Source of the DNA: Penicillus capitatus
Lineage: Eukaryota > Plantae > Chlorophyta
Direction of reading: 5' to 3'
DNA length: 64,000 nt
Assembly (NCBI GenBank): GCA_965649825.1
Contig: OZ287702.1
Span: 610,786-674,785, forward strand
The notes under the pieces were generated by a model. That model was not told the origin of the DNA and did no database searches. It saw only the letters and a list, made by a program, of their open reading frames with translations. A program made the position numbers and the translations under genes. This document shows, piece by piece, positions 1 through 12,650 of the stretch (within the stretch, counting starts at the first letter, position 1; each line of letters opens with the position of its first letter).

Positions 1-987
1 GACACTGCAGCGTGCGTTCCAGCCGATCGGACCAAATGAAGGCTAACGAAAGTTCACACCTCCATGCCCTCAACACCTGCGTTGGACTCTGAGTATACTT
101 ACGATCAATGCGCTTCTCGTCAAGAATCCGCAAATAGAAGTAGTGTGTTGCCCGTTCACTTGTGGAGCAGCTTGAGACCACCGATCGTCGATCTCCTGAA
201 GTCGTGGGCATTCTACGCTTGTCAAACAGTTGTTTGCGCCTAGTTCATGCATTCAATCTCTGGCTGGGTTTCAGAACAATTGCTTGTGTTTTGATACTAT
301 AAAGTTTGACAGCAAAGCAAAAGACTTCGTTCGCGAGAGTGAGTTCCGCTGTGTTTCGAGTTAGAGGATTGCTACAAGAGAAATAAATTCGATCATCTGT
401 TGCCTGCAAGCTGACAATACGCACGATGTTGGCATAACTCGAGAGCACGCAGAATGAACTGCCTGTTTCGTCGTGTCTCGTGCAATTAACTCTTCGATTC
501 TTTGCTTATCGCGGAAACGACGAGATGGCCGTCAGCCGGCAAGAACGTGGAGTGCTCGATGTCAGTGAAAGGCGTTCGTCCATCTCGTCTCGCTGTTGAG
601 GTGTGCTTCTGGGCGTTGGAATAGGGAAAGGACCGTGTTCCTTGATTTCAACGCACAATGAGTGCTCGGAGGTCGAAGTTGATCGACGGATATACGATTC
701 TTTGCAACAACAATCCAAAAGTATTTGACGGAGGGTGACACGGTCCTTTAGTTTAAGTGGAACGGACATCTCGCATTTAGATTCACTTGCGTGACCATAC
801 CGACTGTAACAACTAAGATGTTAACTACAAAGATGTCAAACGACGGGACGTTGTAAGCAGAGGCCAAGTTTTCTTGCAATTCCATCCCCTCTCGATACAT
901 AACTTAAAGGCGTTAAACTTCTTTGCTCGATCGTCGGACGAGAAGCATAGAAAAAAGCGTAGGGTTTTGTGCGACGGTTAGGTAAAA

Positions 988-1240
988 GGGCAATAGTTTT
1001 TGTTCGGATGATGACCCTATCGTCGGCCCCCAAACTTAGCGCGACGTTGTCCTTTACCAGCCAGAACCCATCCAACTCGGCGCGGGATTGCCAGACACAA
1101 CCGGGTCAACTCTGATGGGACGTCCCTCCTCTGTGTCCGGCACAGGAATTAAACCCCCGCGGTCGTACTTCTCGAACTTGTCCAACTGCACCATCCGCAT
1201 TCGGGTCGATCCCCACAGTCGAGAAGACGCTGTCTCCAAC
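988..1240. repeat. Diverged partial third copy of the inner end of the ~2 kb repeat family (see 47285-49136 and 58005-60090)
   Basis: Aligns to 58014-58260, e.g. gaccctatcgtcggccccc-aactt-gcgcgacgttgtccttt and gaacccatccaactcggcgcggg-ttgccagac-caaccgggtcaac. Similarity decays after about 250 bp. Confidence 0.85.
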
Positions 1241-1526
1241 GTTTGCGCACCGGTGACGACTTCACCGACGACCTTTTGACGACTTAGTTCACTGACCACC
1301 CTACTACACCCGTGACAACTTCGCCGACGATTTCTGACAACTATGCCGTTCATTACCGTCTATTCAAGACAACTTCGCTGGAATATTTAAGCAACGAGAA
1401 GACTTAGCACTGAGCACTACAAAAGCTCTATCGATGACTCCGACCTTCACTAATATAGATTCTTGACGACTGTTAAGGATGTTCAAGCGAAGCGTAGCTT
1501 CTTGTGTGATATTTTATGGAAGGAGG

Positions 1527-1792
1527 TGTCGCCAAGATTCGTCATGGCGATGTGACTGCCTTGTTCTCTGTGGGTCACCTGGTGGGAAGAACGCTTATTA
1601 TCACATCAGAAGGGCTGCTTCTCTGTGAAAGGGTACTTTCTTCTGACTCTGCGTACAGGTTGACTCATACGCCTAGAAAGTCACCTCACCATGCTCATAC
1701 ATAATGAGCACTCTTAACCAATCGAGACCTAGCTCTGTAAACAAGAAGTCTTCCGCTGTTAAGTTCGTCTTCGTTCGGCCCGACCGGCGACA
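1527..1792. mobile_element. Solo LTR (266 bp) of an LTR retrotransposon
   Basis: TG...CA ends, perfect 7-bp terminal inverted repeat TGTCGCC/GGCGACA, and 5-bp TSD GGAGG (1522-1526, 1793-1797). Homologous, in opposite orientation, to the solo LTR at 17347-17615 (shared cgatgtgactg, tcaccatg, aagtcttccgctg, cccgaccg-cgaca). Confidence 0.85.
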
Positions 1793-3534
1793 GGAGGTGT
1801 TGGTCTTGTAAAGTGGTCGTATGGACAGATTTACAAGTTTTAAGTACCAACGTCCGACTGCCAGAAAACGACTAATCTGGGTCTTTTCTTTTAGAGTAGC
1901 TTCTCGAGGTCCGTTCGTCGATTTGCCAGTCTGGAAAATTCCTCTTATACCTCAGTACCGCATCTTCCAAGCTGCATCGAGATTCGAAAATATCGAAAGT
2001 GTAGACCAGTCACTTCCTCGGCCTCACGATCAAAAAATCCGCTACCTTAAGCCGCGCGGTTCCATGTTTCTAAACCGCTAGAATGTAGAAAGGACACGTG
2101 GGTCGCGAAATACTGGCCTATTGTCGAATGGTCGCCGTAGCCACACATCGGCGATTTCGTCGCTTAGGGAAGGACGATATAATTCCAACTTTGCTGACCA
2201 GAATCAACATATTCTAGCCTTATTGACCTGATTTTCAAACGCTTCACCTGCATCATATCATTCTTCATCCTGTCGACACTGTCAGTCACTTGCTTCCGCC
2301 ACCTTATCGGTTTCGAACAGTTTTTTGTTTCGCCGGACTGATTGCTTTCTGGTAATATTGGATTCCCATGTCCAAAGCAATAAGCGAAGATGCGAAATAT
2401 AAACTATACGCTTTGTATTCGTAAAACAGGCATCCTCTAGTGTCGAAAACGACAACTGACAAAGAAGTCGATAGATGCTGTTCGGAAAGAAGTGTCAAAC
2501 CGTTTAATGTTTTGGAAACGGCACCCCTTCCCAAAGAAAGAAAATCATGGATTTTTGACGTTAATTGAAGTACATACGGATTCTATTCGACGGATCATTG
2601 TTGATCAATGTTTGTCGTCATTAGTGAAAGGCAATCAATTGAATGAATCAGTTGATTTGACTTTGCGATCGATCAATCGATCGACAGACGAGGGTGCTGG
2701 ATCTGATCGATCGACCGACGGATCGATCGACCCTCTTCGATCGTCGAATAAGGAACACTGTTCGTTTCGAATATGTAGAGAAAGCACGCTTTTGAAGAAT
2801 AAGGATGTTTTCGACAACATGGTCATCGCTTATCATTGATCGCTGACCCACACCTCCCTGCAACTAGGCCAATTCACCAACGATCGAAGAATCTATGGTC
2901 GTGCGATGTCGATTGATTCGTATGCCTTGAAATCAGAGGAATTCGCAGGAAATGTACTGGATATGCATTTCACAGTTGTGTCGTTCGCGGTGGTGTTGTC
3001 GGCGAAGAAAGCAATCGAGTTACCCTCGTCATTTGAGACTAGAAACCTTGAGAGCTAATCGTTACACGAATCATTTTCATGGAAAATCAATGAGACACAG
3101 ATGTTAGATGGGTCACCACCGCGCTCATCTTATCACAGTAATCTCCAGATTAGCTCTGTTAGTGTATCTTCCACTTTGACTCTGGCTTAGACAGAACTCT
3201 CGACCAAAGCATCAATGACAATAGAACGTTTGTTAGCGTAGCGTCTTTTTCAAAAAGTGAAAGACACCCTTCGGCAGAGCCATCCGAATGAAGACTGATG
3301 TACTCATCGACGAATCGATGGCCAACCACACACCTTGACTGCATAGCGATGAATGGAATCGAACTGGAAAGAAAAGGTTTGTGTCCGTAGCTCTTCAGTT
3401 TGTTAAACTCGGATACTCGGGACTGCAACCAACTTTGATGACGGCAACGTTGTGTGTAGTGTCTAGAAAGTACGGTTTGAGTATGGCCTAATAGATAAGA
3501 ATGTCCCAAAGGTCTTTGATAAGATCTTTTTGAC

Positions 3535-6500
3535 TTAGACAGACGTCGTTGGAGCAGTCTGGGTGTCACTCGAAATAGACTTAGAACTGCGCAGGCAGGG
3601 TTGAAAGATACTAGATACTCTCATTGAGACAAAGGCCTTTAAGACACGAATCATGCTCCAATCTTGCGCATCAGCAATTCCTTCGTCTTCGATCACAGCT
3701 CTTAGATAGACATCGGCCGATTCGAGCAGTTTGTAGATCAAGAACAGAAAGAAGCTGCAAATGGTGATCGACAGTAACACTGTGAGCAATACCCTGACGG
3801 GATCAGAAGTCCGATCATCGTTAAAAAACAGACCGGATGCGAAAGTGAGCTGCGTAATAAATAGGGATGCAGTCTCGTACGTATTCAACTTGGAGAATCC
3901 CTCCTTGAAGGGCTGACAGCTAACATGTGTATAAGCGGCAAGCATTAGCATACAAACAGCGAGAATTCCTTGAATATTTGTTCCCAGAGGGTAAGAAAAG
4001 ACGACAAGTATTGCCAGAACTGATTTCCTCAGCATCACGATAGATTCCCAATAGACAAAGTTATCCTTGTACGCACGACACAAAAAACCTGTGGCCTCAA
4101 AGAGCCAAGGATTGTGAGAAGGATCCATTGATCGTTGCTTGATCAACACGTAGCAGAGAATGATGGGCATACCAAACGAGACACCAACGACGACAGGCCA
4201 TCCAATGACGGCGGCAAGAACGGCATGTGAATCCTTGTAGCACGTCAAGGACGTGTCCATTGCCCAACGACTGGTCGTGTGATCGAAGTCGACTTGGGTC
4301 GAGTCTTGTATATCGATGCAATTAAGTATGTTCACAGCTGTCTTCGTAACGGAGATGTAGGACATGTAAGACACCGCTAGGAAACTCAGCAATCCTCTTT
4401 TGGCAAAGTACCACGTGTTCTCATTGAGCCTGCGAGTCACAAATGCCCAGAGAACGATGTAGAACATCAGAATTCCAACAGGCACCACCAGATAGACCAC
4501 GGATCGAATCACGGATCGTGGAGGGTCATGATCGTTTCCAAACCAACAGTCTATGGCGAGGACAACACTTTCGGTCGTAGCGCCACTCAAGAAATCTGTC
4601 GACAAAAGTGATCGAGATCGATCGATCAATGCGTGATTTCTTACCGGCAGACGACAATAGAGAGCGCATCCATGCGGTCCAGTTTGCGTTAACGATCGCC
4701 GCCGATGCAGTCACCTGAAGGAAGTTGATGATAATCTGCAACAGACCCACGTCATCATCATCGAAAACTGTCGTTGGCGACATGCCTTGAATATCTCGAC
4801 AACGTGCCCTTTCGCCAAGGCAGGATCTTTTGTGTTCGATGTCGAGCCAGGAACGGAAACGGGTAAACTCCTCTGGGAGATGTCAGCCGACATTTGTCGA
4901 TCAGGCCTCATTTCTGTCAGTTGGCAGCTGGCCGCCGTATTCGTTGTGCGTTTCTTCGATGATCGCAGACGAATGTTGTTTCGCCTGCTCACGTGTTGCA
5001 CAAAACTCCGTTGTGGTAGTCTTTTGTTCAGATTGCTTCGGATAACGAAGCCCGACAAAAAAAGCAGAACGCCCACAGAGAGGACAAGCAAGACAGCCGT
5101 TTCTGGATCGTCTTGGCATTTACGGCAATTGTTGTATTGCGTTCTTCCATACCCCGAATCGCAAGATCCACACAGAACGTCTTTGTATCCCTGTTGCAAC
5201 ACATGTCGTTGTTGTAGACAGAGGGCGAAAGCATACCTTCCTGCATTGGGCCTTGGAGTATTCCTTGTCCAAGAGCTCATCGAAATCGCAGTCGTCGAGG
5301 CTTTGCGTCAACGCACTCAATGTGTCCTCTCTTCCATCGAAATCGCAAGCTTTTCGCGATATACAGCGCTGAATATGTTTGGAACACGGCGTCCGATGCC
5401 AGTGACCTCTTCTCGGAAGAATGACGTTTGTCGTGCAGTCTCCGTTTTCAGGGCAGGATGCACATTCGGTGGCATTGGGTTCGAAATTGTATTGAGATCC
5501 GCTGCAAGGGAGACAGAGCGCTCCGTCATCTTGGACGAACTCCCCGATTCGGCAGCTTCGTACATCGACGTCGATCGTGAAGTGTCGCAGGTAAGGTTCA
5601 CTGAAATCGATGAGAATTCGGTAAGATCCCGGCAATTGAAGTCCCGAGATAGGCGGAAATCCATTTCGCTGCTGATCTAACGACGTGGTTATACTTCCGG
5701 AGAAAAAACCGTCCGGAGAGTGCATGGTTGCTTGCACATACTCGTCTCCTGAGCCGATCGGCGATCCTTGATCATATCCGTCCAGAGGCTCGAGTAAGAT
5801 CGCCGGAAGTGCGTCGCCGCTTTTGTGGTTTCTCGCCAAAAGCCGATTGTTCTCGATCGGCTTCATCCGACTCTTTTCATTGCTATCCATTGTCAATCCA
5901 TGGACTGTCTTGATACAGGAAGCGACGGCTGGACCGTAGCGTCCGGCTCGATTTCCTGTCCACGCTGGACAGATATCTCGGGCAGATGTTAACACGTCCA
6001 ATTGCAGAAGAGCGTCGCTGTCGTCTTCTCTGAAACATGAGTAACGCAGGACTCTATAGTCACGCGTAAAGATCGCTCCTCCGGACTTGTTGGCATTGTT
6101 GTTCAGGAAACGGCTTCCCGTTATCGCGACAAATGTACAGGACGCATTCATGCGCGAACACCCTCCTCCTTGCTTGCGTTCAGTAGCAACGTGCAGACCA
6201 CCTAAGACACAAATGCTTACTGAGATGATTAAGCGATGAAGATAACCTCCAAGATCGGCTTGGTTCTTTTCAAATGTGCACTCGTTTAGATGAAGTGCCA
6301 GCGACTGGGGTCTGTCGGAGTCAAAAGCGACGGCACCTCCATGTCGGCCAGCTCTGTTCTCACGGAATACGCAATCGGAACAAAAGAATGTCGAGGAGAC
6401 GTTAACAAAGATCCCTCCGCCGTCTTGGATCGCGTTGCTGACACGAATCTGAAGACGTGATGCTGTTAGGCTTGAGTTTGACAGCCATGCAGCGCCACCC

Positions 6501-9500
6501 GTTGCTGCTGAACAATTGGAAAAGGTTGTTCTGACGATAGACACTGTACTATTCGACGTCGCTGCGATCGATCCACCAGACAGAGAAGCCGCATCATTCT
6601 TGAACGAAGACGCCGTCATATGCAGCGTCGAGTTTTTCTCCAGGAAGACGGATCCCCCGGTGATCGCACGGTTCTCCTCAAAATCGGTTTTTCGCACAGT
6701 TGCCGTAGCGTCCAGTACATAAACGCCGCCGCCGCTCTGAGTCGCCGAGTTGTTGTTCAGGAGGGTGCGATCGAGTGTTATGCTGCTATTGTCTCGGATC
6801 AAAATGGCTCCGCCTTTTCTCGATCGACTATCGAAGATGACAGAATCTGAGATTTCAGAAGTGCTGGATTCGGAGCCAAGTAAGACTCCTCCGTTTTCAA
6901 CGGCTGAGTTATTTCGAAAAGTGACGTTTCTGGCAAAAAGCTTGCTTTGACTATAGATGGCACCACCAATGTTGCTTGCATGATTCGATGACACGATCGA
7001 ATCTTCGATCATGATCTCTCCCTTCCGGATGACGAGCATCGCACCAGCCATTTCCGCGACGTTCGAGTCGATAATGCAGCCGACGATATGAATCGTCGCA
7101 TTGTAATTGTTGATGGCGCCACTGGATTCGGCAGAGTTTCCCTGGAGCACGGAGTCGAAAAGCGTGAAATCTGTTCCATCGACGATACTAGTTCCGCCGC
7201 CCTGTTGGGAGCAACGGTTGTTTCGAAGTACCAAATTGCGACCGACGATGTTGGGGCAGAGATTTGCATCGATCGCCCCTCCACCATTGACGGCTACGTT
7301 CGACTCAAACTGCGAATCTGTGACGGTCATGTTGCTCGTGTGGCAAGCAAGACCGCCACCGCGACTCGTATGAGCGTAGTTTTGTGCAAAAGACACGTTG
7401 TGGATGATCGTGTCCGAGGACAGGACATCTACTCCTGCTCCACGATGACCGAGGTTTTGCATCACCAGAGAGTTCCTGAGCGCAATCGACGTTCTGAGAG
7501 CTGCAACGCCGCCGCCAGCTGTTGGTGCTGCGTTTCCCACAATTGTGTCCCGATCGGATTCGATGCTTCCGTACTCGATCAAGAATCCAGCACCAGAGGA
7601 CGCTCGGTTGGATAGGTATGCCGACGCTTGTGATGTGACGTTTGATGACTCAGCCGAGAAGGCACCGCCTCTTTGTCCTGCGATGTTGTTTCTCCAGGTG
7701 ACCTCTTGGATCATGACGCTACGCAGTTCAACGAGATCTGCACCACCTCCGTTTGCGCTGACGGTGTTGTTGGAAAATGCTGATCGCTGGATGACGAGTC
7801 CAGTCGATCTGGATGCCTGCACGCATCCACCGTTTCCAGATGTGTTGTTGCTGCACTCTATGTCTGACAGGATCGCCTCGTCCATCTCGACGAGACAAAG
7901 AGCTCCTCCAGAGGTAGAAGCGCTATTCGTCTCGAATACAGACGATTGCAGGTCGAGGATATTCTTTTCGGCAAAAATGGCTCCTCCGCGATTTCTGACC
8001 ACATTGCTTCGGAAAGTGCAGTTACGGATTCTCAGATCGGTGTCCACAGAAGCAATGGCTGCACCAGTCTCTGCACTGTTGGCATCGAAGCTGCAGTTGG
8101 AAAGAGTGACTCGATCAGTGGCATCTGTCAGAATTGCGGCGCCCGATAGGGCGGCGGTATTTCGGCGGAACGAGCTATCGGTGATATGAACCCTCGAGGC
8201 GCGATCAAGCACGATCGAGGAATCTCCATTTTCTTCAAAATCGGATTCTGCGAGCCGAAGTTCGCCTCCCCTTTCGATTCGGAGTGACGATAGGCTGTTC
8301 TCTCTCGTTACGAGACGGTGAACAGAGGAGAAAGACTCCGGTGGCATCAGCATCAGTGATTGTTGCGCGTCTCCCTGAGAAAGATGGGTATTCCTCTCTA
8401 GTTTCACGTCACGTAAAGTGTTCCGCAGGGAGAAGCTTCCGAAACCGCCATCTCCACACGCATTATCAGAGAAGACGACGTTCACCATTTCAAGGGCGGA
8501 GCATGACGACCGATCGATCGAGATGCCTCGCGCTCCGTCCAGAGAGTTACGGCGGAAGGTCACATGACGTAGTTGAACGGTTCCCTCGGTTTCGTTATGA
8601 TCGCATCGATCGACCTGGATGATCGATCTGCCTTCCCTTTTCAGAGAGCAGTTCCGGAAAACGATGTTGGCGATCAGCGCATCGGGTGATCTATCAACAG
8701 ACAAACCGTCACTCTTTCACGAGAAATCGAATCGACGGTCTCGCCTGATGAGAATCGCGCCTTCCTTTTTCGGACACCTGATTGTCGCCTGGGTCGCCGG
8801 TGGGACTGCGCCGTTTTCCAGAGCGGTCTCTTCCGAAAACGCAATCAGGGTCAGATTCCACGAAATGATCACTCTGGTGGCGAGACGGATCGTTTCTTCG
8901 GTCCGAATGCGAATGGTGTCGCCTGGCTGCGTACAGTTGATGACGGCACCAAAATCGATTCTCGCATTCCGAAGGGCAGCGCTGCTCAATGTCCACATTC
9001 CGTCTTCGTTATCAAGAAGCCGGGAGATCTCTTGATCTGTGAGGTGACATTCTCTCCCTGTCAGAAAGCACGGCCTTAGCATGAAAGATTCCTGATGGAC
9101 CCATTTGGATACTGTGGGCAGTAGGATTGCTGTCGGTCTGGTGCAGTTCGCGTCTGAAGTTTTTGTTTTCCTACGGTAAACGAAGGGAATCAAAAGAAAC
9201 GCAGAGCGTTCGTCTACCTGCAGGTCTTTCGCGAAGTCTATCGCTCCTTCGGCTGTTGTCTGATGAACCGTCGAATTTGACTTCCCTGTTCAAAACACCT
9301 GCTCAGACTTGTTTTAGCGAAGCGAATGAAATCGCGATAGTCCGTCAGGTCAACAGAAAACCGTCGCCTCTCCGCTGCAGAGTTTCTAGCGAGAAATTCA
9401 AGAAACAAAAATGAAGCCGATATCTTTCCGGTAATATCCGCAGAGCGATGGTAAGCATTCTGCCAATGGTGGTATACCTTGTCGACTACCTGTGGCCAAA

Positions 9501-9634
9501 AGTCTGTAATCTCTTTCGCTGTGGTCTGCTTTGACAGTCTTTGTAAGTGTTAGCAACAAAAGAACCAAGGAGAGCCAGATGTGGCGTTGTTCCGAAACGA
9601 CCTTTGCAATACCATTCAACACATTTGACGCCAT
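3535..9634 (-). CDS. Receptor-like membrane protein A: signal peptide, parallel beta-helix (PMP/pectin-lyase-like) repeats, Cys-rich (GCC2/GCC3, TNFR-like) region, multi-pass TM domain; multi-exon
   Basis: ORFs 8717-9193, 5120-8704, 4711-5280 and 3535-4629 join through introns at 8744-8691, 6246-6202, 5236-5191, 4785-4736 and 4644-4596. Many F..N.A..GGA repeats; CRIGEF..CLPC...C.SCP.NG.C motif; GFL..AY...FVYWE...MLRK membrane motif. Start and 5' exons (9634 to about 9070) are tentative. Confidence 0.85.
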
Positions 9635-9986
9635 AGAACAGGTATTCTTGAGCGTTTTGTCAAGGAGGACACAATGTCCGACAGGCTCTTCTATAGAATT
9701 GATACTTTCCGTCTCGGGGATATAGAAACGGTAAGCAGTCGGTTATTCAAAAGTGCCAGGTTGTGGACCTGATTGTTCTGACAGATAGGAATCTGTGGTT
9801 ATCTGTAGTCGCTTGCCAAAAACCGCACGATTGGTTATCGAGCGTACACGTGCAGACCTAACGACTGGAAGATCCGTCTCCGGCCGCTGGCATCCGGCGA
9901 AACTGCAATAGGATGCGGTTGGTTAAGCTATAGCGGTCAGTGCGCATTATGCGGCTGAATAAGCACACCGATCGACCCGTCGGGTA

Positions 9987-10711
9987 ATGGAGCATCTCTC
10001 TGCGATTCTGTCAGTGGCGGAGACGCCCGGCAAAGCTGAACAGACAGTGTTGAAAATCATCGAAATATGCGGCGAAGACGAAGAGGTCATCAGACTTCAG
10101 AATTTGCCGACAGCTGGTTGTGTTACTAAATCGGTGCTTGACCTTCGACAATGTACTCTTCCGGGTGCACTATTACTGATTACCGACCATCTCATACATA
10201 TCTTCTTCACAGGCGACTGGCGAGGCAAACGAGGCACTCAAGAAAATCAACGAGTCTCCAATAAACGTGACAGCTTTCGCAGACGACGAGCTTTGTGTCT
10301 GGCCGACAACAACGAAGTGTCTATAGGATACTATGCTATTGGTCATTGTCCCTGAAGCGAGTTACCTCTTGGAAATCAATCAAGCTGACTGTGTCAACGG
10401 TGGTTCCGACCCAGCAATGGTGATAACTCGACGGTAGGATTGGCGAAACACGAATCGTTTTCTTGCACAAGTGTTAAACACATCGTCGAGAATGTCGATC
10501 TGTGCTCAGCGAACTGCGCAAGCGTGTGTTCACGAAGCAACTATTAGGAGCGGACTCAATGAGCATATCGATCTCCTCGAGAGATATCGATCGGCGAAGA
10601 AGATTACTCACAGGTCTAGTTTCCTTTAAAAGAGTCGTTCGGTCTGGACAGTCCACAATAGATGGACAATCCAAACAACTGAGTGACGATAATAATGACT
10701 TATACATCTAG
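9987..10711 (+). CDS. Hypothetical multi-exon protein (structure uncertain)
   Basis: ATG at 9987, then protein-like segments in shifting frames (LVVLLNRCLTFDNVLFR, ATGEANEALKKINESP, DTMLLVIVPEASYLLEI) separated by candidate GT-AG introns. No recognisable domain. Confidence 0.3.
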
Positions 10712-10878
10712 AGATACGTGGTTGCTTGAGGCCTGCAACAGCCATGTGTATGATAGAATTGACGTCATTGCTGAAGTCGACCGGCCAATACTTCCCGTTT
10801 TACATTTAAAACTTTGTAATGGTTTAGAAGATGACGCCCACTGCTTCTCCAGGTTGCCTTCATCTGAGATTCTTCTGT

Positions 10879-11512
10879 TTAATGGCTATGGTATTTGTAA
10901 TCGTCGAGAGATACTCCGGACGGCAATGGTTCGATGGATACGCCAGATGGTATTGCCTCGAAGTACAGACCGTCTTCTGTCACGTTGTATGGAACTCCTG
11001 CGTCGGTAAGATGCTTAGCAACAATGCCAGACTCAGTGACATTGACAGGTGCATCTCCTTTTTTAGGTCGTGCTTGGAAGGTTACAACTTCATATACTTT
11101 TTTCTCAATCGTGCACACGACTCTGCCCGTGGCGGTTTCAGAGCATTTTTCCATTGGGACAACTTTTGCCCTGACTGTCGGAAAAATACCCGGGATAAAG
11201 TATCCCCAGTGATGATCCAACAGTTGTCGCTGTATCACCACTAGTTCCTGTTCCACTTCAAGTTGTTTCTCTGATTTGATATCCGCAAATTCTCGCAACA
11301 CTATTGGTTTGCTCGTCAAAGCAGTCGACTCTGCACAAAACAAATCGTAAACTCGATAAAGTACTAACTCAACACACCTGCGTTGTAAAAACAGTTGCAG
11401 AAAGCGACGGCCTGGGAAGAACAATAACAAATAAGACGAACGCTGAGTTGAATGGTAGTCAGTTAAAACAACTTACGATGACGATATGGACGAATCTCAA
11501 CGTAGACGACAT
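10879..11512 (-). CDS. Secreted protein of unknown function, 173 aa, 3 exons
   Basis: Exons 11512-11477, 11411-11378 and 11330-10879 with GTAAGT..CCCAG and GTGTGT..TGCAG introns give MSSTLRFVHIVIAVAFCNCFYNAESTALTSKP...DDYKYHSH*. The N-terminus looks like a signal peptide. Confidence 0.7.
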
Positions 11513-12650
11513 ACCCCCTGTCTCTGAGATAACCACGTGATGCTTTAACGATGTCGCACAGTAGTAACACGGGACGGAAACAACAAAAAATAGTGACGGC
11601 GAATAGGAACTGACACGCGAATCGAGTTACGATAGAGGGCAGTGCCGCGTCATTAAGTACAAACGACGGCTCGCATACAGAGGCAGGAGAATCGTTCAAA
11701 TCCTGTGATGGTTAGCCGCAGGTACTCGCTGCCAGTCATTCGTCGATGTATTTTTTCCGCCAATGCCAACGGTTTCTCCCGATGATTACTGTCCAGTCGT
11801 ATAAAACCGACGCACAAAGATATTCGACACGGTTTGCTAATCGCTGACATCCTTGTCGTGTATGTCGTTTTTTCACCAAATGGCCTTTTTGATTGGCTAA
11901 ACCCGAACTCTGTCAGGTTATTTCTTATAAGTCGCGAATAAGTATAAAAACACTTTCTCTGGCATTGTTGCATTCGTCTCGTTCGTCTTGTCTGAGATAA
12001 TTGGCGTAATTCTGCAGTTCGCTTGCGCGGCTACAGGTTTAGAGCAAGCAGGCTCCTTATAGAAGGCTTTGACAACAACTGTTCTGTCATTCTTATCAAC
12101 ATATCAAATGAAATGCGAGTTTCAAAACGACATGATGACCACATTTTTGCAGCAAATGCATCGGATGAAAACGACTGACTCAGGATGGTCATTTAAAAGC
12201 ATTCCTTTCTTGACGACACATTGACATCGCAATGCAGCTGTTTGATGCATTCCAATCCAAGTCAGACATGACATCAGCGACCGGACACACGGACACTTTA
12301 CGTACAAAGCACACATGCTCTATACAAGCGATAAGCGATAAGAATTGCAAAACTCTTGGACGCCGCATATGCACAAGCGAAACTCTGTTATTAAAAATCT
12401 ACGAATAAAGAACCTAAGCATCTCATCTTTGGCACGAACGGAGAACAGAAAGCAAAGTCTCAGGGAACGAATGGAGGTGTGCTATGGATATCGGCGCCAA
12501 ATCTGCAGACACCTCCTGATCTGCATGGCAGACGTCTTCATACCGCTCATCGTCAGCGAGAATACCCCGATGGGAAGGTCTGTCGTGCCATGATGGAGGA
12601 CATAGAACAAAATCGGACCATCTTTGTCAATGGAATCGATAAATCGTAGG

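Noticed and set aside
1-800. Possible minus-strand gene running off the left edge
   Set aside because: Only short ORFs and isolated splice-like signals; no supportable product.
4787-5680. 297-aa plus-strand ORF and the other long ORFs opposite the receptor, BSL, ASS and MRPL1 exons
   Set aside because: Antisense or alternate-frame shadows of well-supported genes, with no motifs of their own.
5120-8704. Bacterial (Chlamydia-like Pmp) contamination or recent horizontal transfer
   Set aside because: The genes contain spliceosomal introns at shared positions, lack an autotransporter barrel, and are embedded among eukaryotic genes.
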